Positions 9,533 through 21,924 of a stretch of DNA of 64,000 nt are shown in pieces. The notes below the pieces were generated by a model, which saw only the letters and a list, made by a program, of their open reading frames with translations, was not told where the DNA came from and ran no database searches. The first letter of the stretch is position 1. Every line of letters starts with the position of its first letter. The stretch spans positions 2,459,849 through 2,523,848 of the forward strand of contig OY781067.2 in NCBI GenBank assembly GCA_963676265.2, in the 5' to 3' direction. Both the position numbers and the translations under genes were made by a program. Origin of the DNA: an uncultured Draconibacterium sp. GTDB lineage: Bacteria; Bacteroidota; Bacteroidia; Bacteroidales; Prolixibacteraceae.

Positions 9533-12463
9533 TTACAGCGATTTGGCAACCTCAATTTCGTGGTATGCTTCCACATGGTCACCAACTTTTATGTCGTTGA
9601 AGTTTTCAATATTTAAACCACATTCATAGCCATTTTTCACTTCTTTAACATCGTCTTTAAAACGCTTCAGTGATCCAAGTGTACCTGAATAAATTACAAT
9701 TCCGTCGCGAATAATCCGGATTTTTGAGTTCCTCATTATTTTACCGTCGCGAACAATACAACCGGCAACGGTACCAACTTTGGTAATCTTAAAGGTTTCC
9801 AGCACTTCTACAGTACCCAGAATTTCTTCCTTAATATCTGGTGATAACATACCTTCCATTGCCGCTTTAATCTCGTTAATCGCATCATAAATTATCGAGT
9901 ATAATCGAATGTCGATTTCTTCTCTTTCAGCCAGTTTACGTGCATTTAACGAAGGTCTTACCTGGAAACCAATAACAATAGCTTCTGAAGCGGCAGCCAA
10001 TAGAATATCAGATTCTGAAATCTGTCCAACCGCTTTGTGCTTAATGTTTACCTGAATTTCTTCAGTAGACAACTTGATTAACGAGTCAGATAAAGCTTCA
10101 ATTGATCCATCCACATCACCTTTAATAATCAGGTTCAATTCCTGGAAGTTACCAATAGCAATACGTCTTCCGATTTCATCAAGTGTAATGTGCTTCTGTG
10201 TACGAAGACCCTGCTCGCGAGCCAGCTGCTCACGCTTGTTGGTAATGTTCCTTGCTTCGCGCTCGTTATCCATAACATTAAACTTGTCTCCTGCCTGAGG
10301 AGCACCGTTTAATCCAAGAATTATTGCTGGTTCAGCAGGACCAACAGTGTCTACACGCTGATTTCGTTCGTTGAACATTGCTTTTACGTGACCAAAATAT
10401 TGTCCGGCGATAATAATATCGCCCACTTTTAAGGTTCCGCTTTCAACTAATAATGTTGAAACATATCCACGACCGCGGTCAAGTTCTGATTCAATAATAG
10501 TACCTTGAGCTTTTTTATTAGCATTCGACTTTAACTCAAGCATTTCAGCTTCCAGAAGTACTTTCTCAAGCAAATCTTCAATGCCGATTCCATTTTTGGC
10601 AGATATGTCGTGCGACTGATATTTACCACCCCATTCTTCAACCAGGTAGTTCATATTAGCCAGTTCTTCTTTTATTCTTTCAGGATTTGCTCCCGGCTTA
10701 TCAATTTTGTTGATTGCAAAAACAATTGGGACACCGGCGGCCGCAGCGTGGTTAATCGCCTCAACAGTTTGAGGCATCACATTATCGTCGGCAGCAACAA
10801 TAATAATAGCAATATCGGTTACCTGTGCACCTCGGGCACGCATTGCAGTAAATGCCTCGTGCCCCGGAGTATCAAGAAAAGTTATCTTTCTTCCGTCTTC
10901 GAGACTCACGTGGTAAGCACCAATATGCTGGGTAATACCCCCTGCCTCACCAGCAATAACGTTGGTATTACGAATGTAGTCGAGTAACGAAGTTTTACCG
11001 TGGTCAACGTGTCCCATAACGGTTACGATTGGCGGACGAGGTTTCATATCTTCCGGATTATCTTCCTCTTCCTCAATTGCTTCCTGTATTTCAACACTCA
11101 CAAATTCAACTTTGAACCCGAATTCCTCGGCAACTACAGCCAAGGTTTCGGCATCCAGTCGCTGGTTGATTGAAACAAACAATCCGAGCGACATACACGA
11201 CGAAATAATTTCGTTAACACCAACATCCATCATGGTTGCCAGCTCGGCAACTGTAACGAACTCGGTAACTTTCAGTATACTTTGTTCCTTTATTTGCTGT
11301 TCCATATCGGCCTGCATTCTCTCGCTGGCCGCAGCACGTTTATCTCTACGGTGTTTCGAACCTTTCGATTTTCCTTTGGTGGTTAAACGTGCAAGAGTAT
11401 CTTTAATTTGTTTTTGTACGTCCTCCTCGTTAACCTCTTTTTTAAGAGGTCGTTTTTTCTTTCCGCCTTGTTTATTGGCCTGAAATTTACCTTTAGGTCG
11501 GTCGCCTTGTTGCTGCTGTTGTTGCTGTTTATCTACAGAAATCCTACCAGACTCTTTGGGAATTCTTTTGCGGCGTTTTTTCCTGGAAGAAGACTGATCG
11601 GAAGAAGCTTCTTTTTTGTCGGGTAAATCGATCTTACCAAGAACGGTAGGCCCACTTAACTTATTAACTTTTGCTTTGATAACACCATCATCCCCTTGAG
11701 GTGATTCTGTATGTGTCCTTTTTTCTTGTGCCTTTTTTTCAGCTTCGCGCTGACGCATTCTCTCTTTACGCTCCTTTTCCTTTTCCTCTTTGGTCTTTTT
11801 GGCAGGACGCGTTTTCTGGTTGATATGCGTAAGATCTATTTTACCAACTACTTTTACTTCTTCCACTTTGGGTACTTCTGTTTCAATAACCTTTTCCTCT
11901 TTCTTTTCTTCAGCAACTACCGAAGGAGGAGTTTCTTCTTTTTTAATGATTTTTTCTTCAACAACCGGTTTTTCTTCCACCTCTTTTTCCACAGGTTTCG
12001 GTTCTTTCTCTTCTTTTACCTTTTCAACAACCGGTTCTTCTTTCTTCTTGGGCTTATTAAACTGATCCAAATCAATTTTCCCCAGAACCTTTACCTTTTC
12101 TTTTTTCTGTTCGGGTAATTTTACTTCAGCAGGCTCAACTTTCTTTTCTTCCTTAGCTTCGGCGGCAGGTTTTTCCACAGTAACTTCTCTTTCTTCCGGC
12201 TTCTCAGTCTCATCGGAATCCATCGAAATCACTTCTTTCCTTGGACGCTGACTCTTCAAACTTATTTTTTCCGATTCCTTCTTAATTGTAATATCAATCT
12301 TATATTCCTGTTCAAGAAGTTGCACGGCGTCTGCTGTCACCTTAGTATTTGGATTTGAATCAATTTCGAATCCTTTTTTATGCAAGAACTCAACAATGGT
12401 GTGAATACCAACGTTAAATTCTCGCGCCAGTTTACTAAGTCGTATTGTATTGCCTGCTACCAT
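9533..12463 (-). CDS. infB: Translation initiation factor IF-2
   Basis: 976 aa. G domain motifs [20 protein letters not shown] and NKID. Long K/E-rich low-complexity N-terminal region. Confidence 0.97.
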   Translation of the reverse strand: MVAGNTIRLSKLAREFNVGIHTIVEFLHKKGFEIDSNPNTKVTADAVQLLEQEYKIDITIKKESEKISLKSQRPRKEVISMDSDETEKPEEREVTVEKPAAEAKEEKKVEPAEVKLPEQKKEKVKVLGKIDLDQFNKPKKKEEPVVEKVKEEKEPKPVEKEVEEKPVVEEKIIKKEETPPSVVAEEKKEEKVIETEVPKVEEVKVVGKIDLTHINQKTRPAKKTKEEKEKERKERMRQREAEKKAQEKRTHTESPQGDDGVIKAKVNKLSGPTVLGKIDLPDKKEASSDQSSSRKKRRKRIPKESGRISVDKQQQQQQQGDRPKGKFQANKQGGKKKRPLKKEVNEEDVQKQIKDTLARLTTKGKSKGSKHRRDKRAAASERMQADMEQQIKEQSILKVTEFVTVAELATMMDVGVNEIISSCMSLGLFVSINQRLDAETLAVVAEEFGFKVEFVSVEIQEAIEEEEDNPEDMKPRPPIVTVMGHVDHGKTSLLDYIRNTNVIAGEAGGITQHIGAYHVSLEDGRKITFLDTPGHEAFTAMRARGAQVTDIAIIIVAADDNVMPQTVEAINHAAAAGVPIVFAINKIDKPGANPERIKEELANMNYLVEEWGGKYQSHDISAKNGIGIEDLLEKVLLEAEMLELKSNANKKAQGTIIESELDRGRGYVSTLLVESGTLKVGDIIIAGQYFGHVKAMFNERNQRVDTVGPAEPAIILGLNGAPQAGDKFNVMDNEREARNITNKREQLAREQGLRTQKHITLDEIGRRIAIGNFQELNLIIKGDVDGSIEALSDSLIKLSTEEIQVNIKHKAVGQISESDILLAAASEAIVIGFQVRPSLNARKLAEREEIDIRLYSIIYDAINEIKAAMEGMLSPDIKEEILGTVEVLETFKITKVGTVAGCIVRDGKIMRNSKIRIIRDGIVIYSGTLGSLKRFKDDVKEVKNGYECGLNIENFNDIKVGDHVEAYHEIEVAKSL

Positions 12464-12522
12464 ATATTAATCAATTTATATTCTAATTTCCCGGACAATT
12501 CTTAAGATTATCTTTTCTGTTC

Positions 12523-13758
12523 TTATTCAAATTCTGATTTTAGAACTTTAAGAACATCATCAATAGTTTCCTCTTCCAGGTCTGTTCTTTTTATTAATTC
12601 AGCACGGGGAATATTAAGTACGTTTTTGGCGGTGTCGCAACCTATACCTTTTAACGCATCAATTACCCAGTCTTCAATTTCATCGGCAAATTCATCAAGG
12701 TTAACGTCTTCTTCATCTTCTTCCATTTCACGGTATACATCTATCTCGTATCCGGTTAACTGGCTTGCCAGACGAATATTTAAACCTCCTTTACCAATAG
12801 CGAGCGAAACTTCTTCAGGTTTCAAATAAACCTCAGCTTTTTTATTCTCTTCAATAATTTTGATAGAGTTAATCTTTGCCGGATTCAAAGCTCGTTTAAT
12901 AAATAACTGAAGATTTGCCGAATAGTTAATCACGTCAATATTTTCGTTTCTCAACTCACGCACAATTCCGTGGATACGCGAACCTTTCATTCCCACACAT
13001 GCACCTACCGGATCGATACGTTCGTCGTACGATTCAACGGCAACTTTTGCACGTTCACCAGGAACCCTTACAATCTTTTTAATGGTAATTAAACCATCAA
13101 AGATTTCAGGAATTTCAAGCTCGAACAATCTTTCGAGGAAAGCAGGAGCCGTACGCGAAAGAATAATCAAAGGATTATTATTGCGTAATTCCACTTTATA
13201 TACAATGGCACGAACGTTGTCGCCCTTTCTAAAATAATCGGATGGAATTTGTTCCGATTTTGGAAGAATAAGTTCATTTCCTTCATCATCCAAAATAAGA
13301 ATCTCTTTTTTCCAAACCTGATAAACTTCACCGGTTACAATGTCACCAATTTTGTTTTTGTATTTTCCGTAAATGTGGTCTTTTTCCAATTCCAGAATTT
13401 TACTGGCCAGATTCTGACGTAAATTCAGAATAGCTCTTCGCCCAAAATCAGCAAGTTTAACCTCATCGGTCACTTCTTCGCCAACTTCATAGTCATCGTC
13501 TATTTTCAGAGCATTGGTCAGAGTAATTTGAAGGTTCGGATCTTCCAGTTCGTCGTCTGCGACAACTTCACGGTTTCTCCAAATTTCAAAGTCACCTTTA
13601 TCAATATTAATAATCACATCAAAGTTCTCATCAGTACCATACTGACGGATAAGCACACTGCGAAAAACTTCTTCCAGTACACTCATCATGGTAACCCTGT
13701 CAATGTTCTTTAGCTCCTTGAATTCGGCAAAAGTATCTATCAGGTTAATATTTTCCAT
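12523..13758 (-). CDS. nusA: Transcription termination/antitermination factor NusA
   Basis: 411 aa with S1 and tandem KH regions (GACVGMKGSRIH, AIGKGGLNIRLA). Lies between rimP and infB. Confidence 0.95.
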   Translation of the reverse strand: MENINLIDTFAEFKELKNIDRVTMMSVLEEVFRSVLIRQYGTDENFDVIINIDKGDFEIWRNREVVADDELEDPNLQITLTNALKIDDDYEVGEEVTDEVKLADFGRRAILNLRQNLASKILELEKDHIYGKYKNKIGDIVTGEVYQVWKKEILILDDEGNELILPKSEQIPSDYFRKGDNVRAIVYKVELRNNNPLIILSRTAPAFLERLFELEIPEIFDGLITIKKIVRVPGERAKVAVESYDERIDPVGACVGMKGSRIHGIVRELRNENIDVINYSANLQLFIKRALNPAKINSIKIIEENKKAEVYLKPEEVSLAIGKGGLNIRLASQLTGYEIDVYREMEEDEEDVNLDEFADEIEDWVIDALKGIGCDTAKNVLNIPRAELIKRTDLEEETIDDVLKVLKSEFE

Positions 13759-13769
13759 CTTTAAAAACT

Positions 13770-14234
13770 TTATTTAAATGAAATAACCGCTTTCGCACTT
13801 TTTATTTCGTCGTATTTTAAATTATATTCTCTTACCACCAATTGTTTTTTCTTGTGCCCCTCAACTTTTTCACGTTCCGAAGTCTCAAGAATTATGCCTT
13901 CGTCGTCACTTTCTTTTAATAATCCTTCCAATTTATCATTTTCGAAAGTAAGAACTTCTATTTCTTTACCGGTATATTTAAAATATTGTTCTTTTACTTT
14001 AAAACTTTCTGTTAAACCCGGCGAAGAAACCTGCAATTCAAAATCTTCTTCCTCGCGATCTAAATTGTGCTCCACATTTCGGCTGATTGCAACACACTGA
14101 TCAATTGGCATACCCTCGAAACCATCAACATAAACGTGAATGACATTACCCGTAGTCACCTTTATATCAACGATAAACATATCGTCGTCGAGCTTCTCCT
14201 TTACCAGTTTTACAACCTTCTCTTTATCTATCAT
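13770..14234 (-). CDS. rimP: Ribosome maturation factor RimP
   Basis: ORF 13770..14252 begins with TTG; the ATG at 14234 (MIDKEKVVKLV...) is more likely. Has the ELQVSSPGL motif and the conserved rimP-nusA-infB order. Confidence 0.85.
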   Translation of the reverse strand: MIDKEKVVKLVKEKLDDDMFIVDIKVTTGNVIHVYVDGFEGMPIDQCVAISRNVEHNLDREEEDFELQVSSPGLTESFKVKEQYFKYTGKEIEVLTFENDKLEGLLKESDDEGIILETSEREKVEGHKKKQLVVREYNLKYDEIKSAKAVISFK

Positions 14235-14303
14235 AGCCGTTACATGTAACAAAATAGGGAACCAAAGGCCCCCTAAAAAACCGCTTTTTTAGAAAATTCT
14301 CCG

Positions 14304-14334
14304 CAAAAGTAGTAATAATTCCAATAAAAACAAA
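14304..14334 (-). promoter_or_regulatory. Bacteroidota-type promoter for rimP-nusA-infB (-7 TACTTTTG, -33 TTTG)
   Basis: On the minus strand, 14311-14304 reads TACTTTTG and 14334-14331 reads TTTG, with a 19-nt spacer. About 70 nt upstream of the rimP ATG. Confidence 0.5.
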
Positions 14335-14482
14335 TAAGTAAGCCGGCTTAAAACCCTGATTTTAAAGTTCAAAATACACTAACAATTCATGTCTAAACCA
14401 AACCTTACTTATCCTTTTTATTATCATTAGATTCCGTTTTTAAAAGCTTGCTTTTGTTTTTATTAAAGTTTTGTAATTTAGC

Positions 14483-15760
14483 ATGCTTCAAAAAAATCAT
14501 TTTGTGCCACAACTTCAGTTAAATAAGAAGAAAATAATCAACGACCCCGTATTTGGATTTATCAACCTACAGTCGGAACTTATTTTTGATTTACTGGAAC
14601 ATCCTTTTTTTCAACGTTTAAGAAAAATCAAGCAGCTCGGTCTGTCATATTTGGTTTTTCCGGGGGCCAACCACACCCGATTTGAACATGCCATTGGGGC
14701 GACATATTTAATGCGACAAGCCATCTCGGTTTTAAGATTGAAGGGACATGACATTACAGAAGAGGAAGCCGAAGCTGTTACTGCTGCTATATTGCTACAC
14801 GATATTGGACATGCCCCGTTTTCACATGTTCTTGAAAATACCCTGGTAAAAATTCCGCACGAAGAAATATCGTTACTTCTTATGCAGGAACTGAATAGAG
14901 AGTTCAACGGGCAACTCGATCTTGCCATCCAAATTTTTACCAATCAATATAAAAAACAGTTTTTACATCAGTTGGTTACCAGTCAACTCGACATGGACCG
15001 TCTTGATTACCTTAGCCGCGACAGTTTTTTTACAGGAGTTGCAGAAGGCACTGTTGGAATTGAAAGGATAATAAAAATGCTGAATGTGCACGACGACAAA
15101 CTTGTTGTAGACATTAAAGGCATTTATTCTATCGAGAAATTTCTTATTTCAAGAAGATTAATGTACTGGCAAGTTTACTTACACAAAACTGTTGTTGCCG
15201 CCGAATTTTTATTAATTAATGTTTTAAAAAGGGCAAAAGAACTGATATCGAAAGGAGAAAATCTTTATTCAACTCCTACCCTCAAAATCTTTCTTGAGAA
15301 TAATTTCGGACCTGATGATTTTAAAAACAATGTTCAGGTTTCGGGTAAAATGGCTTTAAACTGGTACACTTTGCTCGACGATAACGATATTCTTATTTCG
15401 GTTAAAGAATGGCAAAACTATTCTGACCCTGTGCTCTCAATATTGGCCAAAAACCTAAACAACAGGAAATTACCCCGAACAATACTTCGCGACAAACCAT
15501 TGTCGGAACAGGCAGAAAAGCGTTACATGAAAAAGATTACGACACATATTATTAATGACCACGAAATGGCCGATTATTTTTTAATGACGGGAACAATTAG
15601 TAATATGGCTTACAACAAACACGATGAAAATATTTATGTATTAACTAAAGAGGGAACCTTAAAGGGGATAAACGAAGCTTCAGACATAAATCTTACAGCT
15701 TTAACCAAAACAGTAACCAAGTATTTTGTGTGTTATCCCAAAGAATTGGACATTTATTAG
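14483..15760 (+). CDS. HD-domain phosphohydrolase (dGTPase-like family)
   Basis: NHTRFEHAIGA...LLHDIGHAPFSH...DMDRLDYLSRD metal-binding HD signature; 425 aa. Confidence 0.8.
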   Translation: MLQKNHFVPQLQLNKKKIINDPVFGFINLQSELIFDLLEHPFFQRLRKIKQLGLSYLVFPGANHTRFEHAIGATYLMRQAISVLRLKGHDITEEEAEAVTAAILLHDIGHAPFSHVLENTLVKIPHEEISLLLMQELNREFNGQLDLAIQIFTNQYKKQFLHQLVTSQLDMDRLDYLSRDSFFTGVAEGTVGIERIIKMLNVHDDKLVVDIKGIYSIEKFLISRRLMYWQVYLHKTVVAAEFLLINVLKRAKELISKGENLYSTPTLKIFLENNFGPDDFKNNVQVSGKMALNWYTLLDDNDILISVKEWQNYSDPVLSILAKNLNNRKLPRTILRDKPLSEQAEKRYMKKITTHIINDHEMADYFLMTGTISNMAYNKHDENIYVLTKEGTLKGINEASDINLTALTKTVTKYFVCYPKELDIY

Positions 15761-15768
15761 TTAAAAGC

Positions 15769-15776
15769 TATATTTG
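15769..15776 (+). promoter_or_regulatory. Candidate -7 box TATATTTG upstream of lpxD
   Basis: Exact TAnnTTTG match 18 nt upstream of ATG 15794. No clean -33 TTTG found. Confidence 0.3.
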
Positions 15777-15793
15777 CATCGCCAAAAAAACAA

Positions 15794-16834
15794 ATGATGG
15801 ATTTTAAAGCTACAGACATTGCCGCTTTTTTAAACGGAGAATTAGTTGGAGAGGGTAATGTAAAAGTATCTAATGTTTCGAAAATCGAAGAGGGAAAACC
15901 GGGAACTCTTGCATTCCTGGCTAATCAGAAATATGAGAATTACATTTATACCACCAAGGCTTCTATTGTCTTAGTGAATAAAAGTTTTGTCCCTAAAAAA
16001 GAGATTTCCGCTACACTTATAAAAGTAGATGATGCCTACGAATCGTTTGCTTCGCTTCTTGAATTGTACATGCAAACAAGAATGTCGGTAAAAATTGGAA
16101 TTGAACAACCAAGTTACATTTCTGAAGAAGCCACTACCGGAGAAGACATCTATGTTGGAGCCTTTGCTTACATTGGTAAAAAAGCACAAATTGGCAACAA
16201 TGTAAAAATATATCCACAGGTACATATAGGTGAAAATGTAAAAATCGGTAACGATTGTATTATCTATGCCGGTGTAAAAATTTACGACGATTGTATTATT
16301 GGTGATCGTTGTATTATTCACGCCGGTGCGGTAATTGGGTCGGATGGTTTTGGATTTGCACCTCAAAAAGACGGCGCTTACAAAAAAATTCCGCAGATTG
16401 GCAACGTTGTACTTGAAGAAGATGTTGAAATAGGAGCCAATACAACTGTTGATTGTGGAACTATGGGATCAACTACCATCAGAAAAGGAGTAAAACTCGA
16501 TAACCTGATACAAATTGCCCACAACGTGGAAATTGGACAAAATACTGTAATGGCGGCACAAACCGGTATCTCAGGCTCAACTAAAGTTGGACAAAACTGC
16601 ATGTTCGGAGGCCAGGTTGGTCTTGCCGGACATATTACAGTTGGAGACAAAGTTATATTGGGTGCACAGTCGGGAGTAGGTCAGAGTTTAAAAAGCGACC
16701 AAACATTGCTTGGATCTCCGGCTTTCGATATAAAAAAGGCAGTTAGAGCTTATATGCTTCTAAAAGAGCTTCCTCAAATGAGAATGGACATACAACAACT
16801 CAAAAAACAGATAAACACAAACAACGAAAAATAG
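15794..16834 (+). CDS. lpxD: UDP-3-O-(3-hydroxyacyl)glucosamine N-acyltransferase
   Basis: 346 aa. Left-handed beta-helix hexapeptide repeats and an N-terminal LpxD-type domain. First gene of the lpxD-lpxC/fabZ-lpxA cluster. Confidence 0.9.
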   Translation: MMDFKATDIAAFLNGELVGEGNVKVSNVSKIEEGKPGTLAFLANQKYENYIYTTKASIVLVNKSFVPKKEISATLIKVDDAYESFASLLELYMQTRMSVKIGIEQPSYISEEATTGEDIYVGAFAYIGKKAQIGNNVKIYPQVHIGENVKIGNDCIIYAGVKIYDDCIIGDRCIIHAGAVIGSDGFGFAPQKDGAYKKIPQIGNVVLEEDVEIGANTTVDCGTMGSTTIRKGVKLDNLIQIAHNVEIGQNTVMAAQTGISGSTKVGQNCMFGGQVGLAGHITVGDKVILGAQSGVGQSLKSDQTLLGSPAFDIKKAVRAYMLLKELPQMRMDIQQLKKQINTNNEK

Positions 16835-16844
16835 TATAATTCTT

Positions 16845-18236
16845 ATGGTTGTTAAACAAAAAACACTTAAGAATCCGTTTAAAATTGAAGGCAAAGGTTT
16901 GCATACCGGGGTGAATGTAACTATGAATTTCCTTCCGGCACCTGTTAATCATGGATTCAAATTTAAACGCGTAGATTTAGAAGAACAGACAATAATCCCG
17001 GCAGATGTCGATCTGGTTATTGACACATCTCGTGGAACCTTGCTGGAAAAAGACGGAGCCAGAATCGGAACAATAGAACATGCCCTTGCTGCTTTAACTG
17101 GCATGGACCTGGACAACGTATTAATTGAAGTGAACAACGAAGAGGCCCCGATAATTGACGGAAGCTCGAAATATTTTGTTGAAGCAATCGAAAAAGCGGG
17201 AATAGTTGAACAGGACGCAGAGCGTGACTACTTCGAAATAAAAGAAAAGATTGAATACTTCGACGAAAAATCCGGTTCGCATATTATTGCTCTACCTGAT
17301 GAAAGTTATAGTCTGAATGTAATGATTTCATTTCCTTCTGCTGTATTGAATAATCAATATGCATCGTTGGAACACATCAGTGATTTTAAAACAGAAATTG
17401 CAGAATGCAGAACATTTGTATTTCTGAGGGAAATCGAATTCCTTTTAAATCACAACCTTATAAAAGGCGGAGATCTTAACAATGCCATTGTCATTATCGA
17501 TAAGGAAATAAGCCAGGAAGAACTCGACAGGCTTGCCGACTTAACCAATCATCCAAGGGTAGAAGTTAAACCTCAGGGTATTCTTAACAACCTTGAACTT
17601 CATTTCGACAATGAATGTGCCCGCCACAAATTGCTGGATGTAATTGGAGATTTGGCTTTGCTTGGGAAACACATAAAAGGACGAATTATTGCTACTAAAC
17701 CTGGACACGGGCCCAACACTGCTTTTGCCAAAGTTTTAAAGAAACATTGGAAAAAAACAATCGATGCAGCCCCTGTTTACAATCCGGGTGCTGAGCCAGT
17801 GATGGATGTTAATAAAATCAGAGGACTGCTTCCTCATCGATATCCTTTTTTACTGGTTGATAAAATTATTTCTGTTACAGAAAATGAAATTATTGGAATT
17901 AAAAATGTAACAGTTAACGAACCTTTTTTCCAGGGTCACTTCCCCGAGGAACCTGTAATGCCTGCTGTACTTCAGATAGAAGCCATGGCTCAAACCGGAG
18001 GATTGTTGGTTTTAAACCAGAAAAAAGGCAAATTTTCAACCTATTTTATTCGCATAGATAATGTTAAGTTCAGAAAGAAAGTAGTCCCCGGAGACACGCT
18101 CATTTTTAAATTAACATTAACTTCGCCAATTCGTAGAGGTATTGCCAATATGAAAGGTGTTACTTATGTTGGAGATAAAATAGTATCTGAAGGCGAATTT
18201 ATGGCCCAGATTGTTAAACAAGAAGAAAATAATTAA
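16845..18236 (+). CDS. lpxC/fabZ: Bifunctional UDP-3-O-acyl-GlcNAc deacetylase / 3-hydroxyacyl-ACP dehydratase
   Basis: 463 aa. N-terminal LpxC ([17 protein letters not shown]) is fused to a C-terminal FabZ hot-dog domain ([20 protein letters not shown]). This fusion is typical of Bacteroidota. Confidence 0.92.
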   Translation: MVVKQKTLKNPFKIEGKGLHTGVNVTMNFLPAPVNHGFKFKRVDLEEQTIIPADVDLVIDTSRGTLLEKDGARIGTIEHALAALTGMDLDNVLIEVNNEEAPIIDGSSKYFVEAIEKAGIVEQDAERDYFEIKEKIEYFDEKSGSHIIALPDESYSLNVMISFPSAVLNNQYASLEHISDFKTEIAECRTFVFLREIEFLLNHNLIKGGDLNNAIVIIDKEISQEELDRLADLTNHPRVEVKPQGILNNLELHFDNECARHKLLDVIGDLALLGKHIKGRIIATKPGHGPNTAFAKVLKKHWKKTIDAAPVYNPGAEPVMDVNKIRGLLPHRYPFLLVDKIISVTENEIIGIKNVTVNEPFFQGHFPEEPVMPAVLQIEAMAQTGGLLVLNQKKGKFSTYFIRIDNVKFRKKVVPGDTLIFKLTLTSPIRRGIANMKGVTYVGDKIVSEGEFMAQIVKQEENN

Positions 18237-18248
18237 GAATAAATCAGA

Positions 18249-19031
18249 ATGAAACAACCACTAGCGTATGTTCACCCCGATGCAAAAGTAGCCGATAACG
18301 TTGTTATCGAACCTTTTGTATCTATCGATCACGATGTTGTGATTGGTGAAGGGACTAGAATTGGTTCCGGAGTGACTATCTTGCCAGGGACCAGAATTGG
18401 TAAAAATTGCAACATTTTCCCGGGAGCCGTAATTGGTGCAGTTCCTCAGGATTTAAAATTCAGAGGTGAATACTCCACCGTTGAAATCGGAGACTACAAT
18501 ACCATTCGCGAGTTTGTAACCATTAACCGTGGCACAAGCGCCAAAGGCAAAACTGTAATTGGAAACAACTGCCTGCTTATGGCATATGTACATGTGGCAC
18601 ACGATTGTTTTGTAGGAAATAACGTAATCCTGGTTAACAACACTCAACTTGCAGGAGAGGTAGTTGTTGACGATTGGGCGATCCTTGCCGGAATGGTTGC
18701 AGTACATCAGTTTGTTCGCATTGGTTCTCACGTGATGGTAGCTGGTGGCTCTTTGGTTCGAAAAGATATACCTCCTTTTATTAAAGCAGGCCGCGAACCT
18801 CTTTCTTATGTTGGTATTAACTCTATTGGTTTGCGTCGCAGACAATTCTCGAACGAAAAAATTCGCGAGATACAGGATATTTACCGCTACATTTATCAGA
18901 AAGGGTTAAATACCGCACAGGCAGCAGAAATAATTGAAGCAGAAATGCCAGCCTCGCCAGAGCGCGACGAAGTTCTGCTTTTTGTAAAAGACTCGAAACG
19001 AGGAATTATTCGTGGTTATTTCCCCGATTAA
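18249..19031 (+). CDS. lpxA: Acyl-ACP--UDP-GlcNAc O-acyltransferase
   Basis: 260 aa; hexapeptide repeats plus a helical C-terminal domain. Confidence 0.9.
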   Translation: MKQPLAYVHPDAKVADNVVIEPFVSIDHDVVIGEGTRIGSGVTILPGTRIGKNCNIFPGAVIGAVPQDLKFRGEYSTVEIGDYNTIREFVTINRGTSAKGKTVIGNNCLLMAYVHVAHDCFVGNNVILVNNTQLAGEVVVDDWAILAGMVAVHQFVRIGSHVMVAGGSLVRKDIPPFIKAGREPLSYVGINSIGLRRRQFSNEKIREIQDIYRYIYQKGLNTAQAAEIIEAEMPASPERDEVLLFVKDSKRGIIRGYFPD

Positions 19032-19054
19032 TTTTCTATAAGATACTAAATGGA

Positions 19055-19090
19055 AAATGTCACCTGTAAAAGCGGGTGGCATTTTTTATT
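19055..19090 (+). terminator. Probable intrinsic terminator after lpxA
   Basis: AAAATGTCACC (19055-19065) / GGTGGCATTTT (19075-19085) with one mismatch, followed by a T-run. It overlaps the convergent thiL stop. Confidence 0.55.
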
Positions 19091-20123
19091 TGGCATGATT
19101 CCATCCCTGGGCCTCCAACGGCATGGTAGAACCACCGGTTGTTATCAGATTTGTTCCTTCTGCAGCTTCTGTCATATGCCCGATGATAGTAAAATCAGGA
19201 TCATTTTTAATTTTTTCATAATCTTCGAGCGGAAGAGTAAAAAGAAGTTCATAATCTTCACCTCCGTTTAAAGCAGCAACCAGAGGATTAATACTCAGCT
19301 CCTCGGCCATCTTTTTAGTTTGATAATCAAGCGGAACCTTCTCCTCAAATAAACTACAACCAAGGCCTGAATTCTTGCATAAATGCATAATTTCGGAAGA
19401 GAGCCCGTCAGAAATATCAATCATTGATGTAGGTTTGATCCCCAGTTTATTTAAGGCAGCAATTATATCTACTCGTGCCTCTGGTTTTAGCTGGCGTTCC
19501 AATATATAATCATATCCTTCCAGTTGAGGTTGCATATTCTGATTTACTTTAAAAACTTCATTCTCTCGTTCCAGTAACTGAAGCCCCATGTATGCACCTC
19601 CCAAATCACCTGAAACGCACAACAAATCGTTCGCATTAGCGCCCGAACGTTGTACAATTTTGTCCTTATCTGCTTCACCAATGGCGGTAATACAAATCGT
19701 TAATCCGGTTAATGAACTTGTGGTATCACCTCCCACCAAGTCAACATTATATTTTTCGCATGCCATGTGTATTCCTTCGTACAATTCTTCCAAAGCCTCA
19801 ACCGAAAACTTACTTGAAATGGCAATACTCACGGTAATTTGTTTAGGTGTGGCATTCATGGCGTAAATATCTGAAAGATTCACCACAACCGACTTATAAC
19901 CAAGATGTTTCAATGGCACATACATCAGATTAAAATGTACTCCTTCGGTTAAAAGGTCGGTAGAAACCACAACTTGTTTGTTCTTGAAATCAAGAATAGC
20001 AGCATCGTCACCTACTCCTTTAATCGTACTTTCATTTTTTAACTGAATATCTTTTGTTAAGCGGTCGATCAGGCCAAATTCACCCAATTCCGAGATGCTG
20101 GTTTGTTTTCTTTCTTTACTCAT
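19086..20123 (-). CDS. thiL: Thiamine-monophosphate kinase
   Basis: 345 aa; AIR-synthase-like fold signature (GVGDDAAIL, DISDGL). Confidence 0.85.
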   Translation of the reverse strand: MSKERKQTSISELGEFGLIDRLTKDIQLKNESTIKGVGDDAAILDFKNKQVVVSTDLLTEGVHFNLMYVPLKHLGYKSVVVNLSDIYAMNATPKQITVSIAISSKFSVEALEELYEGIHMACEKYNVDLVGGDTTSSLTGLTICITAIGEADKDKIVQRSGANANDLLCVSGDLGGAYMGLQLLERENEVFKVNQNMQPQLEGYDYILERQLKPEARVDIIAALNKLGIKPTSMIDISDGLSSEIMHLCKNSGLGCSLFEEKVPLDYQTKKMAEELSINPLVAALNGGEDYELLFTLPLEDYEKIKNDPDFTIIGHMTEAAEGTNLITTGGSTMPLEAQGWNHAK

Positions 20124-20409
20124 TATTAATTAAGGACAAAATAGTATGTATTAAAATATCCAAACCGCAAAAATACCCATAGTTTTATATCTTTGCAATT
20201 AATATTGAACAGGAAAGACAAACTGTTGTTATAAAAGCAAATTTGTTGTTTTCGCCGTTACCTGAAATGTGAAGAACTCCAGTAATCAAACATCGGTTGA
20301 CAAACTAAAATGGTGACAAATTCATAGGTAGTTTTATAAACCTGGTTACTATTAAATCTTCAAAACGGAAAAACAATAGCATACGAACAATAAGACGAAT
20401 ATTCAGAAG

Positions 20410-21858
20410 ATGGAAGAACAAGATAAAATATTGAATGACGTTACGCAGGGAGAATATAAATATGGTTTTGTAACAAATATTGATACAGAAATCATAGAGA
20501 AAGGATTGAACGAAGACGTTATTCGCTTGATATCTGCCAAAAAGGAAGAGCCGGAATTTATGCTAAACTTCAGATTGGAAGCTTACCGTAAATGGCTAAA
20601 AATGAAGATGCCTAACTGGGCATATCTAAAAATTCCACCGATTGATTTTCAGGAAATAAGCTATTATGCAGCTCCAAAACAAAAGCCCAAATACGAAAGC
20701 ATGGACGAGGTTGATCCTGAATTGATTGAAACATTCGACAAACTTGGAATTCCTTTAGAAGAGCAAAAAGTTTTAGCCGGAGTAGTTGCAGTTGATGCTG
20801 TTATTGATAGTGTTTCGGTTAAAACAACTTTTAAAGAAACACTGGCAGAAAAAGGTATTATTTTCTGTTCATTCTCTGAAGCTGTAAAAGACCATCCTGA
20901 TCTGGTAAAAAAATACCTTGGACAGGCGGTTCCGGCTGCTGATAATTACTTTTCGGCATTGAACTCTGCCGTATTCAGCGACGGATCGTTCTGTTATATT
21001 CCAAAAGGCGTTCGCTGCCCCATGGAATTGTCGACTTATTTTAGAATTAATGCTGCCAACACCGGTCAGTTTGAACGGACATTGATTGTTGCCGACGACG
21101 ACAGTTACGTAAGTTACCTTGAAGGTTGTACCGCACCCATGCGCGACGAAAACCAATTACACGCTGCAGTAGTTGAAATTATTGCCCTCGATAGAGCCGA
21201 AGTAAAATATTCAACGGTTCAAAACTGGTATCCGGGCGATAAAAACGGGAAAGGCGGAATCTATAATTTTGTAACTAAAAGAGGCGTTTGCCGGGGTGTA
21301 TCATCAAAAATTAGCTGGACTCAGGTTGAAACGGGGTCGGCTATCACCTGGAAATATCCCAGCTGCATACTGATGGGAGACAATTCGGTTGGAGAATTTA
21401 ACTCGGTAGCTGTTACCAATAACCACCAACAGGCCGACACCGGATCGAAAATGATTCACATTGGTCGAAATACAAAATCAACAATTGTTTCAAAAGGTAT
21501 TTCTGCCGGAAAAAGTGAAAACTCTTACCGTGGATTGGTAAAAGTCCTGCCCAAAGCAACAAATTCAAGAAACTTCTCGCAATGCGATTCGCTTCTGCTG
21601 AATGATACTTGCGGAGCTCACACGTTCCCATACATTGAGGTCGGAAACAAATCGTCGGTGGTTGAGCATGAGGCAACAACTTCGAAGATTGGAGAAGACC
21701 AGATTTTTTATTGCAACCAGCGAGGAATTGATACCGAAAAAGCAATTGGAATGATTGTTAATGGTTATGCAAAAGAAGTATTAAATAAACTTCCGATGGA
21801 ATTTGCAGTAGAAGCACAAAAACTTCTGCAAATCAGTCTGGAAGGAAGTGTTGGATAA
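20410..21858 (+). CDS. sufB: Fe-S cluster assembly protein SufB
   Basis: 482 aa with strong SufB signature ([32 protein letters not shown]). Confidence 0.95.
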   Translation: MEEQDKILNDVTQGEYKYGFVTNIDTEIIEKGLNEDVIRLISAKKEEPEFMLNFRLEAYRKWLKMKMPNWAYLKIPPIDFQEISYYAAPKQKPKYESMDEVDPELIETFDKLGIPLEEQKVLAGVVAVDAVIDSVSVKTTFKETLAEKGIIFCSFSEAVKDHPDLVKKYLGQAVPAADNYFSALNSAVFSDGSFCYIPKGVRCPMELSTYFRINAANTGQFERTLIVADDDSYVSYLEGCTAPMRDENQLHAAVVEIIALDRAEVKYSTVQNWYPGDKNGKGGIYNFVTKRGVCRGVSSKISWTQVETGSAITWKYPSCILMGDNSVGEFNSVAVTNNHQQADTGSKMIHIGRNTKSTIVSKGISAGKSENSYRGLVKVLPKATNSRNFSQCDSLLLNDTCGAHTFPYIEVGNKSSVVEHEATTSKIGEDQIFYCNQRGIDTEKAIGMIVNGYAKEVLNKLPMEFAVEAQKLLQISLEGSVG

Positions 21859-21924
21859 ACGAATTTAATAAGTAGAGTTGATAAACTTCAGGTATGTCGC
21901 TCAAAACAATATAGAATAAGCAAG

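Noticed and set aside
11711-12118. 135-aa and 91-aa + strand ORFs rich in F/L inside the infB region
   Set aside because: They are antisense reading of the K/E-rich low-complexity IF-2 N-terminal region. They are artefacts of AAG/GAA repeats read on the other strand.
14483-15760. HD-domain dGTPase-like gene as an antiphage dNTP-depleting defence gene
   Set aside because: It sits in a conserved housekeeping context directly upstream of lpxD-lpxC/fabZ-lpxA. Its composition matches its neighbours and there are no flanking mobile or defence genes.
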